From assembly GCA_040384285.1 (NCBI GenBank), contig JAZKJN010000010.1, forward strand, positions 11,995-75,994: a stretch of DNA of 64,000 nucleotides. The letters run 5' to 3'. The position numbers were made by a program, and so were the translations under genes. The DNA is from Patescibacteria group bacterium (GTDB lineage: Bacteria; Patescibacteriota; Minisyncoccia; Phycocordibacterales; PALSA-1337). Positions within the stretch are counted from its first letter, which is position 1. The number at the start of each line of letters is the position of its first letter. Positions 1 to 8,986 of the stretch are shown in pieces. The notes below the pieces were generated by a model. The model was not told the DNA's origin, made no database searches, and saw nothing but the letters and a program-made list of their open reading frames with translations.

Positions 1-164
1 ATCCCTTCAGTAAAAAGGCAGATAAAAAAGCTGCGAAAGATATCCTCAAGAGCCTTACGAAGGGCAAGAAGGATAAGGCACTGGATGCATTTAAAGAATT
101 CTTTGAAGAAGCTGAAGGTGCAGCTGGCAAAGGAGGGGAGGAAAAGAAAGCAGAAAAAGAATAA
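1..164 (+). CDS. C-terminal fragment of a gene entering the window (hypothetical, upstream member of the VirB4 cluster)
   Basis: Open frame 3..164 (PFSKKADKKAAK...EKKAEKE*) ends in TAA 6 nt before the next start. Confidence 0.6.
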   Translation, partial: PFSKKADKKAAKDILKSLTKGKKDKALDAFKEFFEEAEGAAGKGGEEKKAEKE

Positions 165-170
165 AAACAC

Positions 171-851
171 ATGGACAGAGAATCAATTATCAAAGAAAAA
201 TTTCAACAATTGCCGGAGGATATCAAGGCTGCTATTAAGAGCAACGATCTTGCGGCCAAGTTTGACGCTATCTCCGAGCGCCATGGTCTTCACGTAGATC
301 AGAGCGGATCTCTACAGACAGAGACTCTTCTTGTGATGCTTGGTATCGAAGATAGTGATGCATATGTAGACAACATCAGAAAAGAACTCGACATATCTCA
401 AAATGAAGCCGAGTCTATTGCCCAAGATGTAAATCAAGAAATATTCAAAGGAATTAGAACTTCTCTACGCACAATGGAGGAGACAAATGAAGAGGAGGTC
501 GTCGAAGAAACACCAGAACCCATCACACCTCCCTCAATCCCCACACCAACCCCCGACATCTCCTCCATCGAAAAAGCTGGGCAATTTACTCTGGAAAAAC
601 CTGAACCTATCCCTGCTTCAGTTCAGTACAACGAAGTACCCCTCAACAGAGAGGCGATATTGAAGGGAATAGAGAGTGATGCAGAGCCGATGATGGATCA
701 TCTCCTCACAGCACCAGTGGTTAGTCCGCAGAAAGTAGAGGTGAAAGTTCCTGAAAACCTACCGACCGTAGGTGAAGCCAACGCCGCACCAAAGCCCCCT
801 GCAGAAAAACCAAAACCATACACAGCCGATCCGTATCGTGAGTCCTTCTAG
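171..851 (+). CDS. Hypothetical protein with helical N-terminus, Pro/Glu-rich tail and C-terminal DPYRE motif
   Basis: 226-aa ORF in operon context; low-complexity tail ending ADPYRESF. Confidence 0.8.
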   Translation: MDRESIIKEKFQQLPEDIKAAIKSNDLAAKFDAISERHGLHVDQSGSLQTETLLVMLGIEDSDAYVDNIRKELDISQNEAESIAQDVNQEIFKGIRTSLRTMEETNEEEVVEETPEPITPPSIPTPTPDISSIEKAGQFTLEKPEPIPASVQYNEVPLNREAILKGIESDAEPMMDHLLTAPVVSPQKVEVKVPENLPTVGEANAAPKPPAEKPKPYTADPYRESF

Positions 852-869
852 TAGTGCTATACTATATAC

Positions 870-1295
870 ATGCGTTTTCAGGTCCCCCAATTCATTGAAA
901 TAGAGGACAAGATCTTTGGGCCACTCACCCTCAAGCAGTTTGTCTTCCTGGCTGGAGGGGCAGGGCTTTCGTTTGTGATCTTCCGACTGCTTCCGAGCAT
1001 TGTCTACTCTTTTATTCCAATACTTGCTGTCATGGCTTTCTCTTTTGCCCTCGCTTTCTACAAGATCAACAACAAACCTTTTATTTTCGTAGTGGAAGCA
1101 GCATTCAAATACTTTACCGGCAGTAAGCTCTATATATGGAAAAAAGAAGATAGGAAAAAAGCACAGGGACCTGCCCAAGAGGCGAGGGAATACGCAGGAA
1201 TTATGGTTCCAAAGATTTCCGACAGCAAATTGAAAGATCTGACATGGAGTTTGGATATCAAAGAAAGCATGTACACCAATAAAAATCAAAAATAA
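870..1295 (+). CDS. PrgI family membrane protein (VirB3-like)
   Basis: MRFQVPQFIEIEDKIFGPLTLKQF signature, two TM segments, upstream of VirB4. Confidence 0.85.
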   Translation: MRFQVPQFIEIEDKIFGPLTLKQFVFLAGGAGLSFVIFRLLPSIVYSFIPILAVMAFSFALAFYKINNKPFIFVVEAAFKYFTGSKLYIWKKEDRKKAQGPAQEAREYAGIMVPKISDSKLKDLTWSLDIKESMYTNKNQK

Positions 1296-1297
1296 TC

Positions 1298-1930
1298 ATG
1301 GCTCCCTCCTCAAAAACAACTCAAGATTTTGTACCGATACAGGAAATACGCGATGGTATCGTGATTCTCAAAGATGGCTCGATGCGGGCAATTATTCTCG
1401 CCTCATCTTTGAACTTTGCCCTCAAATCAGGCGATGAGCAGAACGCGATCATCCTCCAATTCCAAAACTTTTTGAACTCTCTGGACTTCTCGGTACAAAT
1501 CTTTGTGCAGTCAAAACGACTTGATATACGGCCATATATTGCCCTCCTCGAAGAGCGGTACAAGGAACAGATGACGGAGCTTATGAAGATCCAGACTCGA
1601 GAGTATATTGAATTCATCAAAACATTTGTCGAAAACTCGAGCATCATGACAAAGGGATTCTTTCTTGTTATCCCATACATGCCACCAAGCATGACTGTAT
1701 CGAAAAATCCTGTCTCATCCATGTTTAAAAAGGGTGGGGGAGGCAATGTACTCGCAAATGAAAAGTTTGAGGAGTATCGAAGCCAACTTGAGCAGCGCGT
1801 GGGAGTGGTGGAGCAGGGACTTGTGCGATGTGGAATACGTGTAGCAGAGCTTGGAACAGAAGAGGTGGTAGAATTGTATTATAAGATCTTCAATCCCGGA
1901 GAAACAGAGAAGCCAATTCAAATCAATTAA
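1298..1930 (+). CDS. VirB4/TraC N-terminal-like accessory protein
   Basis: TQDFVPIQEIRDGIVILKDG and LNSLDFSVQI motifs; lies between PrgI and VirB4. Confidence 0.75.
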   Translation: MAPSSKTTQDFVPIQEIRDGIVILKDGSMRAIILASSLNFALKSGDEQNAIILQFQNFLNSLDFSVQIFVQSKRLDIRPYIALLEERYKEQMTELMKIQTREYIEFIKTFVENSSIMTKGFFLVIPYMPPSMTVSKNPVSSMFKKGGGGNVLANEKFEEYRSQLEQRVGVVEQGLVRCGIRVAELGTEEVVELYYKIFNPGETEKPIQIN

Positions 1931-1936
1931 TATAGT

Positions 1937-3763
1937 ATGGGAATTTTTAACAAACTACGAGGAAAAAAAGAAGAGCAGTCTCCCATTGTGTCTCTCATGC
2001 CACAGGAGATCTATGAAGCAGGCGTACTTGAACTCAAAGACGTCATCGCTCCTTCGGCGTTGAAGATCAGTCCAAAGGAAATCAACCTCGGAGAGAAAGT
2101 TGCTCGCACATTTTTCGTGATTTCATACCCTCGATTCCTTTCTGAAAGCTGGTTTGCACCCATCATCAACCTCGACAAGATTTTTAACATCTCAATCTTC
2201 ATTCACCCCGTAGATACAGCAAAGATCCTCCGACATTTCCAGAAAAAAGTAGCTGAGGTACAGAGCCAGATCTCGCAAAGGGAAGACAAGGGACTTGTAC
2301 GAGACCCGATGCTTGATACTGCATACCAGGATCTCGAAGCTCTCCGAGATAACTTGATGCAGGCACAGGAAAAAATATTTGACGTAGGAGTATATATCAC
2401 AATCTTTGGAGACAACAGCTCTGAGCTCGACAAAATGGAATCCGAGATTAAGTCCATTCTTGAGGCAAAACTCGTATACTTAAAGCCAGCACTTTTCCAG
2501 CAGGAAGCAGGGTACCGAAGCGTACTTCCTATTGCCTCAGACGAGCTCAATGTCCACTCAAAGCTCAATTCTTCGCCACTTTCAAGTCTGTTTCCGTTTG
2601 TTTCCTTTGACCTCACCTCTGACAAGGGAATTCTTTACGGAATCAACCGACACAACTCATCCCTCGTGCTTTTTGATCGATTCCTTCTTGAAAACTACAA
2701 CTCTGTAACCTTTGCAAAGGCTGGATCTGGAAAATCATACTGTACAAAGCTCGAGATTTTGCGAACACTTATGTTTGATACAGAAGTTATCGTGATCGAC
2801 CCTGAAAAGGAATACGAGTACATGGCTGAGGCCACAGGAGGGAAGTATTTCAACATCTCTTTGAACTCAGAGCACCACATTAACCCCTTTGATCTTCCGA
2901 TCCCTCGTGAAGACGAGTCCGCTGCAGACGTCTTGCGTTCAAACATCATCAACCTCGTAGGACTTTTCCGCATCATGCTTGGAGGACTCACTCAGGAAGA
3001 GGATGCGATCATCGATCGAGCCATCACTGAGACATACGCACTCAAGGATATTACTCCTGAATCTGACTTTAGAAATGTAGAACCGCCACTTCTCTCTGAC
3101 TTTGAGCTTGTGCTTGCAGGAATGGAGGGAGCAGAGTCTCTCGTAGAACGACTCACCAAGTACACAAAGGGAACCTGGTCAGGTTTTATCAACCGTCCCT
3201 CGAACGTCGATATCAACAAGAAATTTGTGGTGTTCTCACTTCGAGATATGGAAGATGAGCTCAAGCCTGTGGCAATGTACATCGTCACCCACTACATATG
3301 GAACGCGATCAGAAAAGTTTTGAAGAAGCGTTTGCTCGTGATCGATGAGGCATGGTGGATGATGAAATCAGAAGACACAGCTTCATTCCTTCTTGGTTTG
3401 GCAAAGCGAGGACGAAAATACTATCTCGGGCTTGCAACTATTACCCAAGACGTCGACGACTTCTTGAAATCTCCGTATGGGTTGCCGATTATTACCAACT
3501 CTTCGATCCAGATTCTTTTGAAACAGTCTCCGTCATCGATTGATAACATTCAGAGAACATTCAACCTTACTGATGAAGAAAAATATTTGCTCCTCGAGTC
3601 GGATGTGGGGGAGGGAATCTTCTTTGTAGGACTCAAGCACGTAGCTCTAAAGGTGGTTGCTTCATATACAGAAGACCAGATTATTACCACAAACCCTGCA
3701 CAGGTACTCGCACAGAAAAAAGCTCGTGCCGATCTAGCGGAAGCAGAAGCAAATGGAAAATAA
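1937..3763 (+). CDS. virB4: VirB4/TraC-like secretion ATPase
   Basis: Walker A AKAGSGKS, VIVIDPEKEY, Walker B LVIDEAW, RGRKYYLGLATITQ. Confidence 0.9.
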   Translation: MGIFNKLRGKKEEQSPIVSLMPQEIYEAGVLELKDVIAPSALKISPKEINLGEKVARTFFVISYPRFLSESWFAPIINLDKIFNISIFIHPVDTAKILRHFQKKVAEVQSQISQREDKGLVRDPMLDTAYQDLEALRDNLMQAQEKIFDVGVYITIFGDNSSELDKMESEIKSILEAKLVYLKPALFQQEAGYRSVLPIASDELNVHSKLNSSPLSSLFPFVSFDLTSDKGILYGINRHNSSLVLFDRFLLENYNSVTFAKAGSGKSYCTKLEILRTLMFDTEVIVIDPEKEYEYMAEATGGKYFNISLNSEHHINPFDLPIPREDESAADVLRSNIINLVGLFRIMLGGLTQEEDAIIDRAITETYALKDITPESDFRNVEPPLLSDFELVLAGMEGAESLVERLTKYTKGTWSGFINRPSNVDINKKFVVFSLRDMEDELKPVAMYIVTHYIWNAIRKVLKKRLLVIDEAWWMMKSEDTASFLLGLAKRGRKYYLGLATITQDVDDFLKSPYGLPIITNSSIQILLKQSPSSIDNIQRTFNLTDEEKYLLLESDVGEGIFFVGLKHVALKVVASYTEDQIITTNPAQVLAQKKARADLAEAEANGK

Positions 3764-4175
3764 TGAAGTTGAACAAGTAGAAAATAGGAAGAAATATCGA
3801 ATAGGGTGGTTTGCGATAGTCTTTTGGGTAGGGGTTGCTGTGATTTTTGACCTCCTTACTCTTATTCCTATTGTCGGGGCCGTGTGCGGAACTTTATATT
3901 TTGCTGCATTTGCAGTATATCTTTGGAAAACAGGGCATGGATGGGTAAATTGGAAAGTTGTGGTTCCCGAAGCGCTCGCCGTGGTCGCTGAGTGGATCCC
4001 GGCAATACAAGCTTTGCCAGCAATAGTTGCGGGAGCCGTCATAATCATCGCAATCTCAAGAGTTGAGGATAAAACCGGTATTTCCATTCCTCTCCCCGGC
4101 AAAAAACCAGGTACCACTCCACCGCGTATTCAAAAAGCACCACTCAATCAAGGAGGGGTGAGGGCACCTCGATAG
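3753..4175 (+). CDS. Hypothetical multi-TM membrane protein
   Basis: 140-aa hydrophobic ORF overlapping the virB4 stop. Confidence 0.75.
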   Translation: MENNEVEQVENRKKYRIGWFAIVFWVGVAVIFDLLTLIPIVGAVCGTLYFAAFAVYLWKTGHGWVNWKVVVPEALAVVAEWIPAIQALPAIVAGAVIIIAISRVEDKTGISIPLPGKKPGTTPPRIQKAPLNQGGVRAPR

Positions 4176-4194
4176 GTTACGGGATATTCACATA

Positions 4195-4203
4195 TTATCC
4201 ACA
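4195..4203 (+). promoter_or_regulatory. DnaA box (TTATCCACA) just upstream of an extended -10 promoter
   Basis: Perfect TTATCCACA; degenerate box ATATTCACA at 4184-4192; TGaTACAAT at 4212-4220. Confidence 0.6.
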
Positions 4204-4227
4204 GGACTTCGTGATACAATGTGGTGA

Positions 4228-5247
4228 ATGAAAGTGGTATTCAAAATCTCAATTCTTGCTCTATTCTTCACTTTTTCTTCTCTGCTTGCCCATGCCCAAT
4301 TGCCGACTTCCGCAGATAGCATGACACTTACCGTAAATCCTGAGAATCCGGCTCCGGGACAGAGTTTTCGTGTAACTTTACAGAGCTATGACCTCGATCT
4401 TTCTGGAGCATCTATAGTATGGAGAGTAAATGGCCAGATAGAGGCTCAGGGAATAGGGGTGGGATCTGTAAGTCTTGTTGCCCCAAAATCCGGTACGGCG
4501 CTTTCAATCATTATCAATATCAAAGGGGCAAATGGTAGGGAGATGGAAAAAAGACTCACTATCAAGCCGAGCTCTGTGGACCTCATCTGGGAACCTCTTG
4601 GATATGCACCGCCGTTTTTTAAGGGTAAGGGAATATTTGCATATCAGAATAGGATAAGAATCGTTGCTATTCCACACATTCTCCAGTCTGCAGGAAAAGA
4701 AATCGATCCAAAGACTCTCGTATACACATGGAAAAAGGATGGGAAGTATATCGACAATGCATCTGGATACGGACGACAAGCGGTGGAGATCCAAACAGAA
4801 GAGCTTCCAAAGCCCCAGAAAATTAGCGTGGAGATCAGTAACCGAGAGGGGACAGAAAGTGCTGTAGGTGAGATCGTGCTTGAGCCAGGAAAACCTTCTG
4901 TCGCTTTTTACGAAGAAGATCTTTTGTATGGAACTTTATTCAACACAGCCCTCGGACGACGAGTTGACCTAAAAAACAAGGAGATGAAGATCCGCGCCGT
5001 GCCATATGACTTCAATTCTTCATTGACACGAGATGCGAACTCATATGTATGGTCGATCAACAATGTAGAGCAGCCAGACCTCATCACAAATCAGAGTATC
5101 ACCATCCGCACAAAAGGGGACACTGATGGAAGTTCGAATATCAACCTAAATATTCGCAACGAAGATTTTATCCTCCAGGGAGCAGATGGATTCTTTTCGG
5201 TATTTTTCAGCAAGAAAGCAGACGAGGAGAATGAATCAGTCTTTTAA
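4228..5247 (+). CDS. Secreted beta-rich (Ig-like repeat) protein
   Basis: Signal peptide ending AHA; repeated WxxNG/YxW beta motifs. Confidence 0.75.
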   Translation: MKVVFKISILALFFTFSSLLAHAQLPTSADSMTLTVNPENPAPGQSFRVTLQSYDLDLSGASIVWRVNGQIEAQGIGVGSVSLVAPKSGTALSIIINIKGANGREMEKRLTIKPSSVDLIWEPLGYAPPFFKGKGIFAYQNRIRIVAIPHILQSAGKEIDPKTLVYTWKKDGKYIDNASGYGRQAVEIQTEELPKPQKISVEISNREGTESAVGEIVLEPGKPSVAFYEEDLLYGTLFNTALGRRVDLKNKEMKIRAVPYDFNSSLTRDANSYVWSINNVEQPDLITNQSITIRTKGDTDGSSNINLNIRNEDFILQGADGFFSVFFSKKADEENESVF

Positions 5248-5254
5248 TTAACAC

Positions 5255-6349
5255 ATGAAGAAACTACTTTATATTTTCATAGCACTTCTCCTAGCACTTG
5301 ATGCTTTGGATGTACGAGCCCAAGATACATATACACTTCTTGAGCCTCTACCTTGTATTGAAGGGACAGGGAACAATTGTAATCCAAACGAGCTAATCCA
5401 AAAAATTGAATTCAATACCTACCTCAGCTACATCTTTAAGTTTGGTATTGCGATTGCTGGATTCCTCGCTGTGGTCATGATCATTGTCGGAGGATTTGAA
5501 TACATGTTGAGCGAAGCGCCGTTTGCAAAGACAAATGGAAAAGAGAGAATCACAAATGCAATCATCGGTCTTCTGGGTGTACTCACCTCATACCTCATTC
5601 TCGTCACCATCGATCCCCGACTCGTGCAAATCAACTCTGCCTTGCCTCCGATAGAGATAAAGACGGATGAAGCTGCAGCTTTTAGACAAAATCTGGGACA
5701 AGAATTGAGTTTACTCAACGAGGCATCTCGTCTGGAGTATGTAAGGCTAACAAGCACTATGACAGACAAGAAAAAGGCGATAGAAGCCCTTGAAACCAAG
5801 GAAGGTGGTCCAGGACTTACGGCTCAGGAAAAACTCGACCTCATCAAACTCAAAGAGGAAGTGCGAGGTATAACCGCAGATAGGACAAAGGTTTTGGCAC
5901 ACGAAACTCTCGAAATGAACTTTAGCCAGGCTATTGGAAAAATTAATGCACTTGAATCAGCATCGATTACAGATACTCAAAAGGAAATTGCGGGGGAAGT
6001 TACAAAAATAAATCTTACAACAGCAAAATATGTAGATCAACTCCATGTAGCAGGGGATTTGGAGGGGGAAGCACAACTTGCTAATAAAAAAGTCTTCTAT
6101 ATGGAGCAGCTCACAGAACAGATAAGTCTCATGACTTCAATCGCAGCGTACGAAGACAAGCCCCAGGCCTCAGGCAAAACTGTTTTGGAAAACTATATGA
6201 AGATATACGAAAACGAGCTCGACAACCTCGAGGATTCGACAGGAAAATATGCAGACCAGATGAAAGATGACTCGACTCTTTCCCTACAATACGGAACGCT
6301 TTTACAAAACCGAATAGGACTCATCAAAGCGACACTTAAGATCCAATAA
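5255..6349 (+). CDS. T4SS-pilin (TrbC/VirB2-like) domain protein with helical C-terminal extension
   Basis: Signal peptide, LLEPLP, AVVMIIVGGFEYM...GKERITNAIIGLL...YLILVTIDP pilin hairpin. Confidence 0.75.
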   Translation: MKKLLYIFIALLLALDALDVRAQDTYTLLEPLPCIEGTGNNCNPNELIQKIEFNTYLSYIFKFGIAIAGFLAVVMIIVGGFEYMLSEAPFAKTNGKERITNAIIGLLGVLTSYLILVTIDPRLVQINSALPPIEIKTDEAAAFRQNLGQELSLLNEASRLEYVRLTSTMTDKKKAIEALETKEGGPGLTAQEKLDLIKLKEEVRGITADRTKVLAHETLEMNFSQAIGKINALESASITDTQKEIAGEVTKINLTTAKYVDQLHVAGDLEGEAQLANKKVFYMEQLTEQISLMTSIAAYEDKPQASGKTVLENYMKIYENELDNLEDSTGKYADQMKDDSTLSLQYGTLLQNRIGLIKATLKIQ

Positions 6350-6351
6350 AA

Positions 6352-7617
6352 ATGAAAAAAACTACCTTTATCATCTTCACAGTTCTCATCATGGCTCTCG
6401 TTGCGGGAGGGATATATTGGTTTTTCTACATGAGAGCACCAGCAGAAACAGATCCTAGTACAGAACCAACCACTGGTCGTACTGGCTTTTGGCCGTTTGC
6501 TCGAAATCCATCACCCCAGGTAGTCGATACATTTCCCTCAGTCTCGACCACCACTCCGTTTCCTGACACCCAGGAAGTATCTGAAGTAGAACTTCCGCAA
6601 CTCCGAAAGATAAGTAGCACACCCGTCGGAGGAATGGGGGTAATCTCACTCGAAGGATTCTCGATCCTCCGCTTTATCGACCGAGGTACAGGACATGTAT
6701 CTGAAACACACAACCTCACACTCGAAAACGAAACTATTTCAAACACCACTCTTCCTAAAATCTACGAGAGCTACTGGAACAAGAATCTCAATGCATTTAT
6801 ATTGCGCTTTACCCGAGGCGACACAGATACTATCGCAAATCTTTTTGCAGAGCTTCGACCCATTGCCTCTACAACAGAAGCTCAAACTTCGACACGCTTT
6901 GAAGTGAAGGGAAAGTATATCTCAGACACCATCGACCAGATCACTGTATCTCCAGCAGGGGACAAGGTAGCGACATGGAACATAGAGGACGCTAAAGGAG
7001 CTCTGTATGTCTCTACATTTGATGAAAAGACACGGACAAAACTCCTTGATGCTCCGTTTACCCAAGCAACACTTGAATGGCCCGAAATAAACACTCTACT
7101 CCTCGGAACAAAGGCTTCCGCAGGTAGCTCAGGCTATCTCTACAAAGTAGATATAAAGACGGGAGTACAAACCAAGCTTCTTGGCGGGATCAAGGGCCTC
7201 TCAGGCACCATGAGCCGAGACGCGCAGCACGTACTCTTTTCTCGAGGAGGTATCGATAGTGTGAACACTTCGCTCCTCACGGTGAAAGACTCAGTCGTAT
7301 CTGAAGTAATATTTAAAACCCTGGCAGACAAATGTACTTGGAGCACACTCCGTAAAAATGAAATATACTGCGCAGTGCCGACAGAAATCCCTCAGGGAAT
7401 CTACCCCGATGCATGGTACAAAGGAACGGTTTCTTTTGTAGATCAGATATGGCACCTTAACACCGCAACAGGGGAGGTACATCTTCTTGCAAACCTTCTC
7501 CGTCTTTCAGACGAGCTCATAGACGCAACAAAGCTTACCCTCGACCCCGACGAGAACTTTCTTTACTTCACAAACAAAAGAGACCTTTCACTCTGGTCTC
7601 TGGATCTCAACAAGTAG
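6352..7617 (+). CDS. Membrane-anchored beta-propeller-like protein
   Basis: N-terminal TM, Pro/Thr linker, SPxGD-type blades, YCAVP and PDAWYKG motifs. Confidence 0.7.
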   Translation: MKKTTFIIFTVLIMALVAGGIYWFFYMRAPAETDPSTEPTTGRTGFWPFARNPSPQVVDTFPSVSTTTPFPDTQEVSEVELPQLRKISSTPVGGMGVISLEGFSILRFIDRGTGHVSETHNLTLENETISNTTLPKIYESYWNKNLNAFILRFTRGDTDTIANLFAELRPIASTTEAQTSTRFEVKGKYISDTIDQITVSPAGDKVATWNIEDAKGALYVSTFDEKTRTKLLDAPFTQATLEWPEINTLLLGTKASAGSSGYLYKVDIKTGVQTKLLGGIKGLSGTMSRDAQHVLFSRGGIDSVNTSLLTVKDSVVSEVIFKTLADKCTWSTLRKNEIYCAVPTEIPQGIYPDAWYKGTVSFVDQIWHLNTATGEVHLLANLLRLSDELIDATKLTLDPDENFLYFTNKRDLSLWSLDLNK

Positions 7618-7633
7618 TTTAAGAAACACCAGT

Positions 7634-8368
7634 CTAGAGAGGCTGGTGTTTTTTTAGGTGTCTTCGTACGACAAGCTCCTGTCCGAGAGTAAAGAGACTG
7701 CTCACTGCCCAGTAGAGAGCAACTACCGCAGAGATTTGATATGAGATGATAAATACGATCACAGGAAAAACATATTTCATATTTCGCATCATGCCCTGGG
7801 CAATATCCATCTGTGAAGGAACTGTTCCCGGCTTTGGCTTTGGTACAGCTGCACCGGCAAGTGAGTAGTGAAGCTGGAAAAACTGAGCGACAGCAGCAAA
7901 AAGAGAGAGGATGATACTTTTTTGACTAATATCAAAGAGCCCAATAAAATTCATGTCGATCATAGGAACCTTTACAAAAGGGTAGAGGAGGGCTGTCTGC
8001 ACTTCAGGAAGTCCTGCATGGATAAAGATAGAGTAGAGAGCATAGATGATGGGCAATTGGATCAAGAGGACAAAGAAACTTGAGAAAGGGTTGACCTTTT
8101 TTTCTTTGTAGAGAGCCATGACCTGGCGAGCCTGCTCTTGCTTGTCAGAAACCTGGAGTTTTAAACGATTGAGCTCGGGCTCGATCTCTTTCATACGGAC
8201 CTGGGTCACAATAGCCTTTTTAGAAAGGGGAAAGAGGATGATGCGAATAAGAATAGTAAAAAGAATTACGGCGATCCCTGCGTCGATAAAGGGCAGGATA
8301 TCCATAAGAAAGATCAGACCATTATAGAGGGGATTGAAAACAAACGTGTGATATATAAAAGAAAACAT
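7634..8368 (-). CDS. yidC: Membrane protein insertase YidC/Oxa1
   Basis: GIAVILFTILIR, QLPI, ALYW motifs; rpmH-rnpA-yidC synteny. Confidence 0.95.
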   Translation of the reverse strand: MFSFIYHTFVFNPLYNGLIFLMDILPFIDAGIAVILFTILIRIILFPLSKKAIVTQVRMKEIEPELNRLKLQVSDKQEQARQVMALYKEKKVNPFSSFFVLLIQLPIIYALYSIFIHAGLPEVQTALLYPFVKVPMIDMNFIGLFDISQKSIILSLFAAVAQFFQLHYSLAGAAVPKPKPGTVPSQMDIAQGMMRNMKYVFPVIVFIISYQISAVVALYWAVSSLFTLGQELVVRRHLKKHQPL

Positions 8369-8381
8369 AATAGTAGCTATT

Positions 8382-8717
8382 TTACTTTAAAAGACCTGAT
8401 TTAACAAAGATTTTTTCAATCTCGACTGCCAACTCCTGAAAGGGGAGTTTCTCTACTCCTTTTTTCATCACAAGCACACCGTGATACCCAGTTTTTATTT
8501 TATCCTCAAAGCCCCGTATAGCAGAGTAAGCTCTGCGGCGGATCTTGTTTCTCTCCACAGCTCCTTTTGATACCTTTTTGGGCACAGACACTGAGAACCG
8601 GCTTATTCCGCTTGCTTGGGTAAAAAACAAAGAGCCAAGGGGGGTATGGAGAACCCGTCCTTGCTCTAAAACCTTGGAAAATAGTGTGGTAGAAAGCCTC
8701 TTTGAGTGAGGTAGCAT
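8382..8717 (-). CDS. rnpA: Ribonuclease P protein component
   Basis: VPKKVSKGAVERNKIRRR (RNR motif). Confidence 0.95.
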   Translation of the reverse strand: MLPHSKRLSTTLFSKVLEQGRVLHTPLGSLFFTQASGISRFSVSVPKKVSKGAVERNKIRRRAYSAIRGFEDKIKTGYHGVLVMKKGVEKLPFQELAVEIEKIFVKSGLLK

Positions 8718-8728
8718 AGAAATGCTCT

Positions 8729-8863
8729 TTATACCGCGATCCTCTTGCGTCCCTTTGTTCGTCGTCGCTTCAAAACTGCTCGTCCTGAAGTAGACTTTGA
8801 TCGCACAAGGAATCCATGTGTCTTTGCTCTCTTTCGTTTCTTTGGTTGGTATGTAAATGACAT
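8729..8863 (-). CDS. rpmH: 50S ribosomal protein L34 (not in ORF track)
   Basis: Manual translation [44 protein letters not shown]. Confidence 0.97.
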   Translation of the reverse strand: MSFTYQPKKRKRAKTHGFLVRSKSTSGRAVLKRRRTKGRKRIAV

Positions 8864-8986
8864 AGTTTTAGTAGTCTAGCGTATAATCCACAACTTATCA
8901 ACATGTTTATAAAGTTTACACAAGTTCTCTAATTTTTTTACGAGTATATACTTACAGTAATTATTTTTATCTCTACATCTATTTTT
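8864..8986. promoter_or_regulatory. rpmH-dnaA intergenic region with degenerate DnaA boxes
   Basis: TAATCCACA 8884-8892 and TTATCAACA 8895-8903; AT-rich. Confidence 0.7.

Noticed and set aside
870-3763. Integrative conjugative element
   Set aside because: No relaxase, integrase or att repeat in the window; composition and promoter style match the host
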